A stretch of DNA of 64,000 bases from Candidatus Poribacteria bacterium (GTDB lineage: Bacteria > Poribacteria > WGA-4E > UBA9662): positions 1 to 64,000 of the forward strand of contig JAYGDX010000171.1 of assembly GCA_046582655.1 (NCBI GenBank). The letters are read 5' to 3'. The first letter of the stretch is position 1, and each line of letters starts with the position of its first letter. Shown piece after piece: positions 41,827 to 50,892 of the stretch. Below the pieces are notes generated by a model. It was not told where the DNA came from. It saw only the letters and a list, made by a program, of their open reading frames with translations, and did not search any database. The position numbers and the translations under genes are program-made.

Positions 41827-44142
41827 TTATAGTTGACTGTTGATACTGACAACTACATTAAGACCCGGCGCGTCAACCCCTGTACCATGTTCACGATACC
41901 TTTTATCCAGTAGATTCTCTAGGGATATGGTAAGTCGGCTATATCCGGATATTTGGATACCGCCGCGCAGGTTGAGTGTGACCCAACCCGGCGTACCTTG
42001 GGCAATTGCTTGGCCGTCAGCATCAAACTCTATTTCACCAGTGTCACGGGTTGTGCCCGGAATACGTGGATCTCGAATGTCTCCGCGGCTCAGCCTGTCT
42101 TGCTTGGAAGCACCGCGAACAAAGAATTCTCCCCAAAACCTGTTGGCGGGTTGCATCCATCGAATACCAGCAACTCCATTCAGCGGCGGTTCACGGCGAA
42201 TGCGTTTCTCCCAAGGTTTATTTGGATCTGGATCTTTGCCGTTGAGTAGCAGCACCTTTCCACGCGTTAGCGTACTGTTTCCGTAAACGCTCCATCCGGA
42301 ACGAATTGGAACAGTAGCTGTAATTTCAATACCCTGAATCTGGACTTCATCCACGTTATCAAACACAAAGATGTCAATGCCGGGATTGGCTGTTTGAATG
42401 TCTTGATAGAGTTGTGGCAGCGTTTGATCACTGTAGGCTTCCTGAACCGGAACCCGGGTGACAAGGTCATTGATCCGACTGTGGAAGAAGGTTATGGAAC
42501 CAATTATCCGTGGATAGCGCGCTTTCAATCCGCTTTCAACTGTCCATCCCTTCTCCGAATCAATACCAGGACTTGGGGCGTCAATCCCTTCATTGGTTAC
42601 CTCAACAGCTGTGGTATCGTTTAGACTCGGGGCTCGAAATGATGTGGCCACATTGGCGACAAAGTTCAACTGATCTGTTAAACCAACTACAAGTCCGGCA
42701 TTTCCTGTCAACGCGTTTCCTGATTCGTTGTATTCGTCGAATCCGGGTTCGCGGATACTTAAATCAGCCTTGGTATGGAAGAAAGTAAGTCGATTTCCCA
42801 GCGTCAATTCAACACGGTCATGCAGTTCAATTTCGTCCTGAACAAACAGGTTGGCGTCCCAGAATTGCGAGCCATCGATAAATCTTCCTTTTTGCTGGTC
42901 AATCTGTTCAGCACCTGTTTTTAAATCGGTTTTGATAGTTTGACTTTCCAAGATATCGTAATAGAATTCACCACCCGTGACAAGTCGTTGATTTGAAAAT
43001 AAGGTGCTGACTATTTGTGTGCTAATCCCGAGAGTGTTAACTGTGTCAAGTTGTTGGCGACGTTCTACGGCACTGTGCTTGACCTCGCTTCGACCTTCCT
43101 TTTGGCGATGGTAGGAGGCGGTGAATTGGAATCGGTCGACAGCCAATCCAATCTCTTTGGATGAATATGTGGCATAGATCAAGTCACGGTTTTGCGGCTT
43201 GAAGTCAAACTCATCGTATTGGCCCGGCGCAATCTTATCGTAGCGGGGTGTTTGTGGCTGACGCCAAAGTTGATAAGCCAGATTAATTGTGCTGCTGTCG
43301 TCAAGCTGGTAAGCTATCTTGGCATTACCGTCATAAGCAGCCCAGCCCAGCGGTTTTTGCGTGTCGATTAACCATTTATCTGGAATATCTTTGGGCGGTT
43401 GATCAAATAATTTTACCCCTGCCGGCTTGTCGGTAACAATTTCAAACTTTCTGTTCTTATAATGGAGATCATAACCACGGCCGGCGTTGATGTTGCCAAA
43501 ACTTCTGGCAGAAAAGCCGGCAATAAAACCCAGTCGGTTCCGGTTACCTAACACTTCGATTCTACCAAGCCGTTCTGAGGTGGCACTGGCTAATCGGCTG
43601 GATAACCGTGGTGTGATATTCCACCTGTCAGCCGATTGGTTCAAGGTCGGATCTTTGGTGAAAAGGCTGATAACCCCCCCCATGGCACCACTTCCATGTT
43701 GCGTTGAACCAGGGCCTCGTAGGACTTCAATCCGATCGAGGTTATCTGGAGAAATTGTGGCCAGGTACTGGTTGGGACCAGAACGGAAGGTTGAATTATT
43801 CAGTCGAACCCCGTCAAGTTGAATAAAGGTCTGGTATCCTGTCAAACCGCGGAGCAGCGGAGATCCTTGTCCTACGGTTGTCTGCTGTACCCATACCCCC
43901 ACTGTCTCGCGCAGCAACCGTGGCGTAATGCCAGCATTTATTCGTCCTATCTGTCGTTGACTGATGACCGAAATGGCATTGGGTGTTCGAAAGACATCCT
44001 TTTCAACTCGGGTGGCAGTAACAGCCACTTCTTCCATCTGAATGGGGGGACTATCGGCGTTATTAGTCTGAGAATAGGTGAAATTCGTGTTGACACACCA
44101 AATGCATAAGTAGAACCATATGGCGAGAAATCGTATTTTCAT
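41827..44142 (-). CDS. TonB-dependent outer-membrane receptor
   Basis: Signal peptide; EVAVTATR; plug motifs LRGL..DGVRLN and RIEVLRGPGS..HG.GAMGGVI; FRAP; ENLLDKRYREHG. Confidence 0.93.
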   Translation of the reverse strand: MKIRFLAIWFYLCIWCVNTNFTYSQTNNADSPPIQMEEVAVTATRVEKDVFRTPNAISVISQRQIGRINAGITPRLLRETVGVWVQQTTVGQGSPLLRGLTGYQTFIQLDGVRLNNSTFRSGPNQYLATISPDNLDRIEVLRGPGSTQHGSGAMGGVISLFTKDPTLNQSADRWNITPRLSSRLASATSERLGRIEVLGNRNRLGFIAGFSARSFGNINAGRGYDLHYKNRKFEIVTDKPAGVKLFDQPPKDIPDKWLIDTQKPLGWAAYDGNAKIAYQLDDSSTINLAYQLWRQPQTPRYDKIAPGQYDEFDFKPQNRDLIYATYSSKEIGLAVDRFQFTASYHRQKEGRSEVKHSAVERRQQLDTVNTLGISTQIVSTLFSNQRLVTGGEFYYDILESQTIKTDLKTGAEQIDQQKGRFIDGSQFWDANLFVQDEIELHDRVELTLGNRLTFFHTKADLSIREPGFDEYNESGNALTGNAGLVVGLTDQLNFVANVATSFRAPSLNDTTAVEVTNEGIDAPSPGIDSEKGWTVESGLKARYPRIIGSITFFHSRINDLVTRVPVQEAYSDQTLPQLYQDIQTANPGIDIFVFDNVDEVQIQGIEITATVPIRSGWSVYGNSTLTRGKVLLLNGKDPDPNKPWEKRIRREPPLNGVAGIRWMQPANRFWGEFFVRGASKQDRLSRGDIRDPRIPGTTRDTGEIEFDADGQAIAQGTPGWVTLNLRGGIQISGYSRLTISLENLLDKRYREHGTGVDAPGLNVVVSINSQL

Positions 44143-44166
44143 GGTGTGGTTTCGCCTATTCCTTAA

Positions 44167-44292
44167 TAGACCTCTTGCTGTAAGTAGTAAAACTCACCAG
44201 AATTCTATAGCTGAGAGGTACCTAAATCCATTGAATCCGTGGGCTCAAAGACCTCCGAACTTCTATTTATTTGACTTAGTGCAAGAGGTCTA
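44167..44292. mobile_element. Putative MITE (about 125 bp) with terminal inverted repeats
   Basis: Left TAGACCTCTTGCtgTAAGT, right ACTTAgtGCAAGAGGTCTA (17/19 complementary). TA at both ends. No ORF. Confidence 0.6.
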
Positions 44293-44323
44293 ATGTATTA
44301 TTTGACAGGTTTAAGCATTAAGT

Positions 44324-45424
44324 TCAATTTTTGTAAGCCGCTTCAAGGGCTAAAATAGCGTAAGCTGTTACCAGAACTGGGTCACGTTCCATCCAGCGAC
44401 TGGATTCGTTAATCCAGAAACCTTCTTGTGTTTGTTCTTCCATCAGCTTATCTGACAATTCTCGATACCAATCGTGGGAAACGCCTTTGGCATCGACAAT
44501 CTTATCTTGACCGTAAATGCTTAAGGCTTTAGCCATGGTGTGATAATTATAGAAAAGCCCCTGTTTTCCCATCCCGTAATTTTCTTCAATAGTAAAATGT
44601 CTCTTAATCCAATTAATGGCCGATTGAACACGCTGATCGTTTTTATCAGCGTTGGCGTAGATGAAACTCAATAAACCCGCGTAAGTCATACTGGAATAGG
44701 ATTTTGGGCTCCCTTTATCATCCTTGCCGGCTTTGCTCTCGCCGTTAGGGGCATAGACAAATCCGCCATCATTTCCTGCCCAAGCCTGATTGTTAGTTTC
44801 ACTATTGTTTTGACACCTTTCCAGAAACTTTATAGCGTTATCCCAAGTATTTTGATCTTCAAAACCACTTTCCTTCAAAGCTTGCAGGGCAATGTTCAAG
44901 TTGGATAGATCGTTAACCGTTGCTCGGCTACCGTAACCAATTCCTCCAAAGTAAACGCTGTCTGTATCTAGAACTTGAAGTCCTTTGATATAGTTTTGCG
45001 CTTTTGTAATGGCTACATCATAGGCGGGATTTTCCGCTGATGAAAGTGCCATAAGCGAAATGGACGTATTATAATTTGGCAGTGCCGGTTGCATATTGAC
45101 ATCATAAATGGCTCCACTCGGTTGTTGTAAATCCACCAAGCCCAACATCGCGTTACGGATGAAAGCGTGATTGGCTTCTCGGTACTTATTTTCGGGATGC
45201 TTAAGGAATGCTGAAATCGCCATCGCTGTGATACCCGGATGATGGCGAAAGAAGCCATCTTTGTCCTGCTGTGCTTTCAACCACTCGAGTCCACGATTAA
45301 TTGATTTTAATACTTCTTTGTTTAATTCATGGTAGGAGTTGGCAGCAATTATGGAAGGGGCTAAGGAAAAGCTAGCTAGAATGAATATGATTGATATAAA
45401 TTGGGTCGACCTCGTTTTAATCAT
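44324..45424 (-). CDS. Exported prenyltransferase/squalene-oxidase-repeat (alpha/alpha barrel) protein
   Basis: Signal peptide; GLEWLKAQQDKDG, NYNTS, GGIGYG, DLSN, DGGFVY, SYSSMTYAGL, QTQEGFW, LVTAYAILAL. Confidence 0.8.
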   Translation of the reverse strand: MIKTRSTQFISIIFILASFSLAPSIIAANSYHELNKEVLKSINRGLEWLKAQQDKDGFFRHHPGITAMAISAFLKHPENKYREANHAFIRNAMLGLVDLQQPSGAIYDVNMQPALPNYNTSISLMALSSAENPAYDVAITKAQNYIKGLQVLDTDSVYFGGIGYGSRATVNDLSNLNIALQALKESGFEDQNTWDNAIKFLERCQNNSETNNQAWAGNDGGFVYAPNGESKAGKDDKGSPKSYSSMTYAGLLSFIYANADKNDQRVQSAINWIKRHFTIEENYGMGKQGLFYNYHTMAKALSIYGQDKIVDAKGVSHDWYRELSDKLMEEQTQEGFWINESSRWMERDPVLVTAYAILALEAAYKN

Positions 45425-45492
45425 TTTGGAAACTCCCTTTATTGTGTTTTTGTAGTGCGTTTAGATTCGTACAATGTCTTACACTAACAAGT

Positions 45493-45508
45493 AGCAAGTA
45501 TTGTACCA
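45493..45508 (-). promoter_or_regulatory. Putative sigma54 (-24/-12) promoter
   Basis: Minus strand TGGTACAATACTTGCT is GG-N10-GC, one mismatch from TGGCAC-N5-TTGCW. It sits about 70 nt upstream of the ATG at 45424. Confidence 0.65.
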
Positions 45509-45556
45509 ACAAAATAAAGAGGGTAAAACTGAATGGCAGGTAGAAATTGGAACGGA

Positions 45557-45600
45557 AAGTGTCAAGTTTCTGAACAGTGCTGTTCAGAAACTTGACACTT
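45557..45600. repeat. 21-bp perfect inverted repeat with 2-nt loop
   Basis: AAGTGTCAAGTTTCTGAACAG-TG-CTGTTCAGAAACTTGACACTT. Confidence 0.95.
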
Positions 45601-46663
45601 AAGAGGAGGAGTGTGTGTTGGAATGAGAACTACTAGACGCTTCTTTTTTCGTCAGTTGGAATACAGGGCGAGTTTCGCCAACGGTCTGATGATGATAATT
45701 CTTCACCGATGGACAGAACTGATGCCAAAGTCGATCCAACCCGTCTCGAGGCAGGAGATCTAGTTTTCTGAGTACCGTCAGTACGGCGGCATATCGTGGT
45801 TCACCAAGCCCATTTTCAATTTTCAGACCAATACCAAGTCCTTGATTTGGCAGACCAATGCCATACACACCTGCTGCCCCCGATTTTAACACCACCTGAT
45901 TTGGAAACTGTTGCATCAAGGCGGCACAAAACCGACCTGATCCCGACATATTCTTAGGATAGGCAATCATGGCGTTACGAATATTGTTTAGTCCTTTTTG
46001 CCTTTGAATTGTTGTTGTCAATGATGGATCAGCCAAACGTGAAAAGAGCAGGGCTATTTTATCAATGGGTAGTGCGAAAGTTGGAACACCACAGCCGTCA
46101 ATCGCAACGCCAATGTCGTTTGTTGACATCTCACCGACTTTCGCCACAGTATGAAGAATTTCTTGTTGAATCGGATGGGATAGGCCTAGATATCCTTCAG
46201 TGGGAAATCCTTTAATCTGGCATCCCATTAGCATACCTGTGTGTTTCCCTGAACAGTTGGAATGAATGGCAGTTGGTTCCTGGCAGTTTCGGATCATTTT
46301 AAGTTGGGTTGGCATGTGTCCAGGCAAATGAGGTCCACACTGGAGTGCTTCTTCTGTCAGCCCAGTTTTTTTTAGAATCTGTCGGACTAATTCAAGGTGG
46401 AAATCCTCGCCGCTATGAGAGGCACACATGACCGATATTTCGGCTGGTTTCAGCTTAAACTTTTCAATTGCTTGGGCTTCAATGGTTGGCAAAAGTTGAA
46501 AAGGTTTAGCTGCTGATCTCATAAAGGTGACCAGTTCCGGATTTCCGGCGGCGTATTGCAGGTTTCCTTTAGTATCTACAACGGCAATAGCCCCACGATG
46601 AACCGTTTCTGTAATCGTTCCTCGGGTGGTTTCGATAAGTGGTACGGTATCTAGTGGACGCAT
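45599..46663 (-). CDS. L-asparaginase II family (Rhizobium AnsA-like)
   Basis: MRSAAKPFQ, ASHSGE..H, NCSGKH, DGCG, KSGA.GV. Confidence 0.88.
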   Translation of the reverse strand: MRPLDTVPLIETTRGTITETVHRGAIAVVDTKGNLQYAAGNPELVTFMRSAAKPFQLLPTIEAQAIEKFKLKPAEISVMCASHSGEDFHLELVRQILKKTGLTEEALQCGPHLPGHMPTQLKMIRNCQEPTAIHSNCSGKHTGMLMGCQIKGFPTEGYLGLSHPIQQEILHTVAKVGEMSTNDIGVAIDGCGVPTFALPIDKIALLFSRLADPSLTTTIQRQKGLNNIRNAMIAYPKNMSGSGRFCAALMQQFPNQVVLKSGAAGVYGIGLPNQGLGIGLKIENGLGEPRYAAVLTVLRKLDLLPRDGLDRLWHQFCPSVKNYHHQTVGETRPVFQLTKKEASSSSHSNTHSSS

Positions 46664-46696
46664 TAAAGTATGTTATAAGACCAAATCTTTGTTTTC

Positions 46697-47140
46697 TTAC
46701 TTAAAGCGTATTGAATCTCCCATTTGAATTCTGCCTCCTGTAACGACGAGACAAAGGACGCCCCCCCGCCAAGCTGGTGTTAGTGCATCCTGTAAACCGC
46801 TATAAGCTTCATCCATCCGAGAGCATGGTTGTGTTTCACCAGTAACCTGAAGGACAATTTCACCTATTTGGAGATGACTACCTATCGTGTTTTCGAAGGA
46901 GATTCCGTCAGTCAGCAAATTAGCTCGCCTAGTTGTCCAAGGAAGGTCGGCACCTAAATCTGAGCATGCATCGCCCCAATCTTCCTCGGCTAACAGGGTC
47001 ACCTGACGTGTCACGTGTTTTCCCCGAAAGTCTCCATCGATACCTAGATCTATTGAAACATCTGCCGCATTTAATAACTCCATAGGTGCACGCGATTCTT
47101 TCCGAATTGCAATTCCTTTCAATTTTCCATTCCGCATCAT
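46697..47140 (-). CDS. MOSC-domain protein
   Basis: GIDGD, RQVTL, RRANLL, ETQPCSRMD, WRGGV. Confidence 0.88.
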   Translation of the reverse strand: MMRNGKLKGIAIRKESRAPMELLNAADVSIDLGIDGDFRGKHVTRQVTLLAEEDWGDACSDLGADLPWTTRRANLLTDGISFENTIGSHLQIGEIVLQVTGETQPCSRMDEAYSGLQDALTPAWRGGVLCLVVTGGRIQMGDSIRFK

Positions 47141-47174
47141 GAAGCCCTTTCTTAATTATATTTCTTTTTACTCA

Positions 47175-48068
47175 TTAGTAATCCAGTTTTTCTGGCATGA
47201 TTTTTCTCTTACGACGATGTAGTTTTACCTGATCACTGTAAAAGAACGGATCGCAGTCCAACCCTATTTCGCGATCTAAAAATAATGGAAAGTCCTCTGC
47301 CGGTGGCTTGGCGTTGTGATAAGCCCATTTATAACTTCGCATAATTATACGTTGTTCATGGTTAAGGATCGACATCCATTCCGGCGAGGATTGCAAGTGG
47401 TCAGCAGGGGTAATCCAGGAAGGACAATAGGCAACAAAGATGTTTTTTCGCGTCACCTCACTCTCATTTGGCTCAACACGATGCCAAATGCTTGAGTTCA
47501 TAATTGTCATCGTTCCCTTAGGCAGACAGAGAATTCGCTCACCAGAAACGCTTTCATGCGTGTCGTAAGCATCCAAGTATTGCTGGCGATGACTTCCTGG
47601 CATCACAACCATATTCCCCATCTTCTGGTGCGAAATATCTGTCAACCAGTATCCAATTTTAATCTGTAACGGCAAGTGTGATGAAAAGACACCATACGGT
47701 AGCGCTCGTGCCCCGTCAGGATGCCAGATATTGTAGTTATTGTCGCCGGGGGGACGGATGAAGATCTGGCTTTGATGCAGCTTTAGCAACTCGCCAAAAA
47801 TATCGTATGCGAATCCGACATGACGAGAATGATCAATTAGGTTAGTAAAAACCGAATTTAATTCAACAATATTATCCTTACCCCAGTATTCGCCATCTTG
47901 ATATTTGGCATCAGTTGATGTCACCCGGTCAATGGCATCGATGTATTCAGCGACACCATCATCCGATATGGCATCTTCAATGATGATAATGCCGTCTTAG
48001 TTGAATAATTCCCATTGTTGAAGAGTAAATCCATCGGGTGCTTTACGGTATTTTTCAGTTATCCGCAT
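47175..48068 (-). pseudogene. PhyH-family dioxygenase with a premature stop
   Basis: ATG at 48068 gives MRITEKY...QWELFN*DGIIIIEDAIS, in frame with the 47924 ORF (WHPDG, PGSH, WHRVEPN.S..TRK). TAA at 47997-47999. Confidence 0.8.
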
Positions 48069-48082
48069 TTCGTTAGAGAACC

Positions 48083-48973
48083 TCATTGAGCGAAATAGTT
48101 TTTCTGGGACCTGGATCGAGATAGAAAGGCATCGCACACCAGTTTCGGCGCAGCAGATGAAATGCCGTGCGCAGTTTTAAGCTGAATCTGCTGGTTCTGT
48201 GGAATCATATCAGGTGGCTGGGCATGTAATACGACATCATCTGGACTCCAGACCCAGATAAGTTTATTCAATCCGACTGATTCAAAAGTAGCGGCGTCAA
48301 AATTGTTAGCTGGATGACGAATTGAAGTTGTATTCGCATCGAGAACACGATACGAATCGCAATGTCCTTCAATTGAAAATCGCTGGTGGTTCGAAGGCCC
48401 TGACGGCAACTCTCGTTTTGTGTAATATGTTTGGGTGACGTAGCGTCCAATCATATGCCCCAACCTTGAGTTTCGTATCAATCGACTTAGATGAATTGCT
48501 GCCTTAGTCCCGAAGGTCAAGTGGCGTTCGAAAGCTGGAGCTTCTAAAACGATATAACCCATTTTGTCGAACGTCATCGGATACTGTTTTACTGCGTTGT
48601 AGGTGACCGCGCCGCCCATCGAGTGTCCCCAGATGATCCAGTTTTCAAAGCCGATTGTATACTTGCTTGACAGTATTTTCAGGGCTTGGTGAACATAGCG
48701 TGCAAATACCGGAATCGTGAAGGGTTCTAGAATGGAAGAGGTTCCCCATTTTTCCTGATCATATCCTGGATACTCTAGCGCAATGCTGCGGCAGCCGTAC
48801 TGCGCCAAACATTCAGCCAGAGGTTGAAAGTACAGCGCAGTTGCCCTAATACCATGGGCAAACAAGATGGTAAATGTATGGCCTGGTGTATTAAATGGGT
48901 CAAGAGTATAATAACGTAATCCAACTTTTTGTCCATCGACTTCAATGGGGATTTCAGGCTGTGGCTTCAACAT
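48083..48973 (-). CDS. Alpha/beta-fold hydrolase
   Basis: FAHG, GHSMGG nucleophile elbow, C-terminal D and H. Confidence 0.8.
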   Translation of the reverse strand: MLKPQPEIPIEVDGQKVGLRYYTLDPFNTPGHTFTILFAHGIRATALYFQPLAECLAQYGCRSIALEYPGYDQEKWGTSSILEPFTIPVFARYVHQALKILSSKYTIGFENWIIWGHSMGGAVTYNAVKQYPMTFDKMGYIVLEAPAFERHLTFGTKAAIHLSRLIRNSRLGHMIGRYVTQTYYTKRELPSGPSNHQRFSIEGHCDSYRVLDANTTSIRHPANNFDAATFESVGLNKLIWVWSPDDVVLHAQPPDMIPQNQQIQLKTAHGISSAAPKLVCDAFLSRSRSQKNYFAQ

Positions 48974-49992
48974 TAATCAGGTGCAGCGGCATCTCCGCTT
49001 TCGATCATACTCAGTAGCGGCGAATCTTCTATTTCAAGTGGTAAATTGATCTTTTGACGACGACGGCTAGATTCGTAGGTAGCAAAGATCAACTCGGTTG
49101 CTTGCAATGATTTTCGTCCGCTGAGCTCTGGTTCTTCACCAGTTTTGACGCACTCAATCAGGTTCAGTACCGATAACGTTGTGTCGTTATAACCTTCAGG
49201 AACAGCACCTTGCGGATCCACCGTTTCCCAGTCAGATGCTCCTCGAGCTAGTATGCGTAATGATACCCCGGCTGCGTGTACCTCGATTCTACCATGGGTG
49301 CCAATAAGTCGGTTGCCCGCACCTGCTACCCCGGTACCGCCTGTTCCAAGTAGACCTTCCAAACCATTTTGCCAACGGATCCAGGATAACCCACAATTCT
49401 CAACTGGCACGCCAAACACCCGATGGGTTGCTGTGCTGTCAATTTGACCCATAACCCAATCTACCGGTTCATCGTTATTGTAAAAGAAGAACATATCAAA
49501 CCAGTGGGTTCCCCAGTCTAGCAGATTGCCGCAGGCAGCTTCAACACGGACAAGATCGCCGATTGTTCCATCGTGTGCCAACTCCTTTGCTCTGACAAAT
49601 TCGGCTCCAAATCGACGTTGATGACAAAAGGTAATCATGACATTGTTATCAAGACAGGCTTGGTACTGTTTTTTAGCTTCCCCCCAAGTGGGCGCCATCG
49701 GTTTTTCTGCATGAACGGCTCGAATACCACTGTTAGCTGCGTTGATAATCATGTCGGTGTGCATTTCAATCCAAGTGCAAACACTAACAAAATCAAGGTT
49801 CTCTTGATCTAGCATCTCCCTATAGTCCTGATAAGTGTTTGGTACATCAAAACTTTCGGCGAAATTGTTGGAACTTCCCTCAATTGGATCGGCACAGGCC
49901 ATAATATCGACATCATCTGATGCTTGGTACCCTTGGGCATGTGCGCGTCCTCGTCCGCCACAACCGATAATACCAGCTTTCATTTTGGCCAT
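48973..49992 (-). CDS. Gfo/Idh/MocA oxidoreductase
   Basis: GIIGCGG, EKPMA, HQRRF, DWGTHWFD. Confidence 0.92.
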   Translation of the reverse strand: MAKMKAGIIGCGGRGRAHAQGYQASDDVDIMACADPIEGSSNNFAESFDVPNTYQDYREMLDQENLDFVSVCTWIEMHTDMIINAANSGIRAVHAEKPMAPTWGEAKKQYQACLDNNVMITFCHQRRFGAEFVRAKELAHDGTIGDLVRVEAACGNLLDWGTHWFDMFFFYNNDEPVDWVMGQIDSTATHRVFGVPVENCGLSWIRWQNGLEGLLGTGGTGVAGAGNRLIGTHGRIEVHAAGVSLRILARGASDWETVDPQGAVPEGYNDTTLSVLNLIECVKTGEEPELSGRKSLQATELIFATYESSRRRQKINLPLEIEDSPLLSMIESGDAAAPD

Positions 49993-50007
49993 AGAGTCCT
50001 CCTTTTT

Positions 50008-50892
50008 TTACTGTTGGTAATCTTGCGCAATTGTATTTAACAACCCCGCGTTTACATAACCACGATGTAAAATCACGCGATATTTAAACTTTAAAATTTT
50101 ATCTCTGCTGAGCATGATAGATTCGTAATAGGTTGGTGACGGATGCAATAATCCGTAATTTTTGTTGTTGCGTACCCACCATGTTGTTGGATGACGGAGA
50201 TTTGATGGGGAATCAATAATTGTAGCACCGTAAACTTGATTGTCTTCCGGATGAACTCCGGTCAAACTGCACCATGTACTCTGATTACCGAATATCTTAT
50301 CGGTATTGGTCCGACCGTTGGCATCGAGGGGTTCACCTGGAGTCAGCACATTATCAAATCGGATGGTCAGACCGCTATAGAAAAGTCCACCATCACCAGG
50401 TTTCCCGCGTTTAAGGTCGAAGGTGACATCTTGATTGTTTGGTTGAAAATCGAAAGAAATGTCAATGACTAAATTGTCTGGATTCGGTGGATGTACAAAG
50501 GTTCGTCGAGTTTCCGATAGATGTTTGGTTTCCTTCCAATCAATCCAGAAGTTTTCGGTGGTGAAGGAAGCCCCATTTTGATCAAAAGATTGGTCGCAGA
50601 TCTTCTGATGAACAATCCGACCATAGCCGGTTGGACTAGCATCTAGCGATGGTTGTTCCCAAAAATTCACGCCGTTGACCAATTTCCAGGCTATCCACAT
50701 GCCTTGATGATGAACGTGGTCTGACGGTTGATTCATAGTTAAAATCGGCGAGTCTGGTAAGCGGAGAGGATGCCAATATGGCCGATACCCATCCAAGGGG
50801 AAATTGTAATCCATGATGATTTCATCCTGCCAGGTTAGGCGTAACCTGTTCCCAATTTGATTCAGTAAAAACATAACACAACTCCATTTCAC
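50008..50892 (-). CDS. DUF6807 (so-called PmoA-like) beta-sandwich protein
   Basis: RPYWHPL, P.DHVHH.GMW.AW..VNGVNFW, YSGLTIRF, N..HPT.W.VR. Start may be 50874. Confidence 0.7.
   Translation of the reverse strand: MKWSCVMFLLNQIGNRLRLTWQDEIIMDYNFPLDGYRPYWHPLRLPDSPILTMNQPSDHVHHQGMWIAWKLVNGVNFWEQPSLDASPTGYGRIVHQKICDQSFDQNGASFTTENFWIDWKETKHLSETRRTFVHPPNPDNLVIDISFDFQPNNQDVTFDLKRGKPGDGGLFYSGLTIRFDNVLTPGEPLDANGRTNTDKIFGNQSTWCSLTGVHPEDNQVYGATIIDSPSNLRHPTTWWVRNNKNYGLLHPSPTYYESIMLSRDKILKFKYRVILHRGYVNAGLLNTIAQDYQQ

Noticed and set aside
41827..44142. Heme receptor assignment
   Set aside because: FRAP is present, but there is no NPNL motif or intervening His, so the substrate is left open.
44143..44323. 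Cobalamin or other riboswitch ahead of the TonB receptor
   Set aside because: No B12-box or other recognisable aptamer motif by eye. The interval is better explained by terminal inverted repeats. An Rfam scan would settle it.
38835..45424. Squalene-hopene or sterol cyclase call for the two prenyltransferase-repeat proteins
   Set aside because: Each has a single barrel and a signal peptide, and neither has a DxDD or DCTAE catalytic motif.
29343..47999. Stop-codon reassignment or readthrough to explain in-frame TAG/TAA in the SSS, RibD-like, MFS and PhyH genes
   Set aside because: TAA and TAG end intact genes in the window. The stops replace different residues (Q, W). Three of the four genes also carry frameshifts or deletions.
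50008..50892. Methane monooxygenase (pmoA)
   Set aside because: Soluble DUF6807-type protein with no TM helices and no pmoC/pmoB neighbours.
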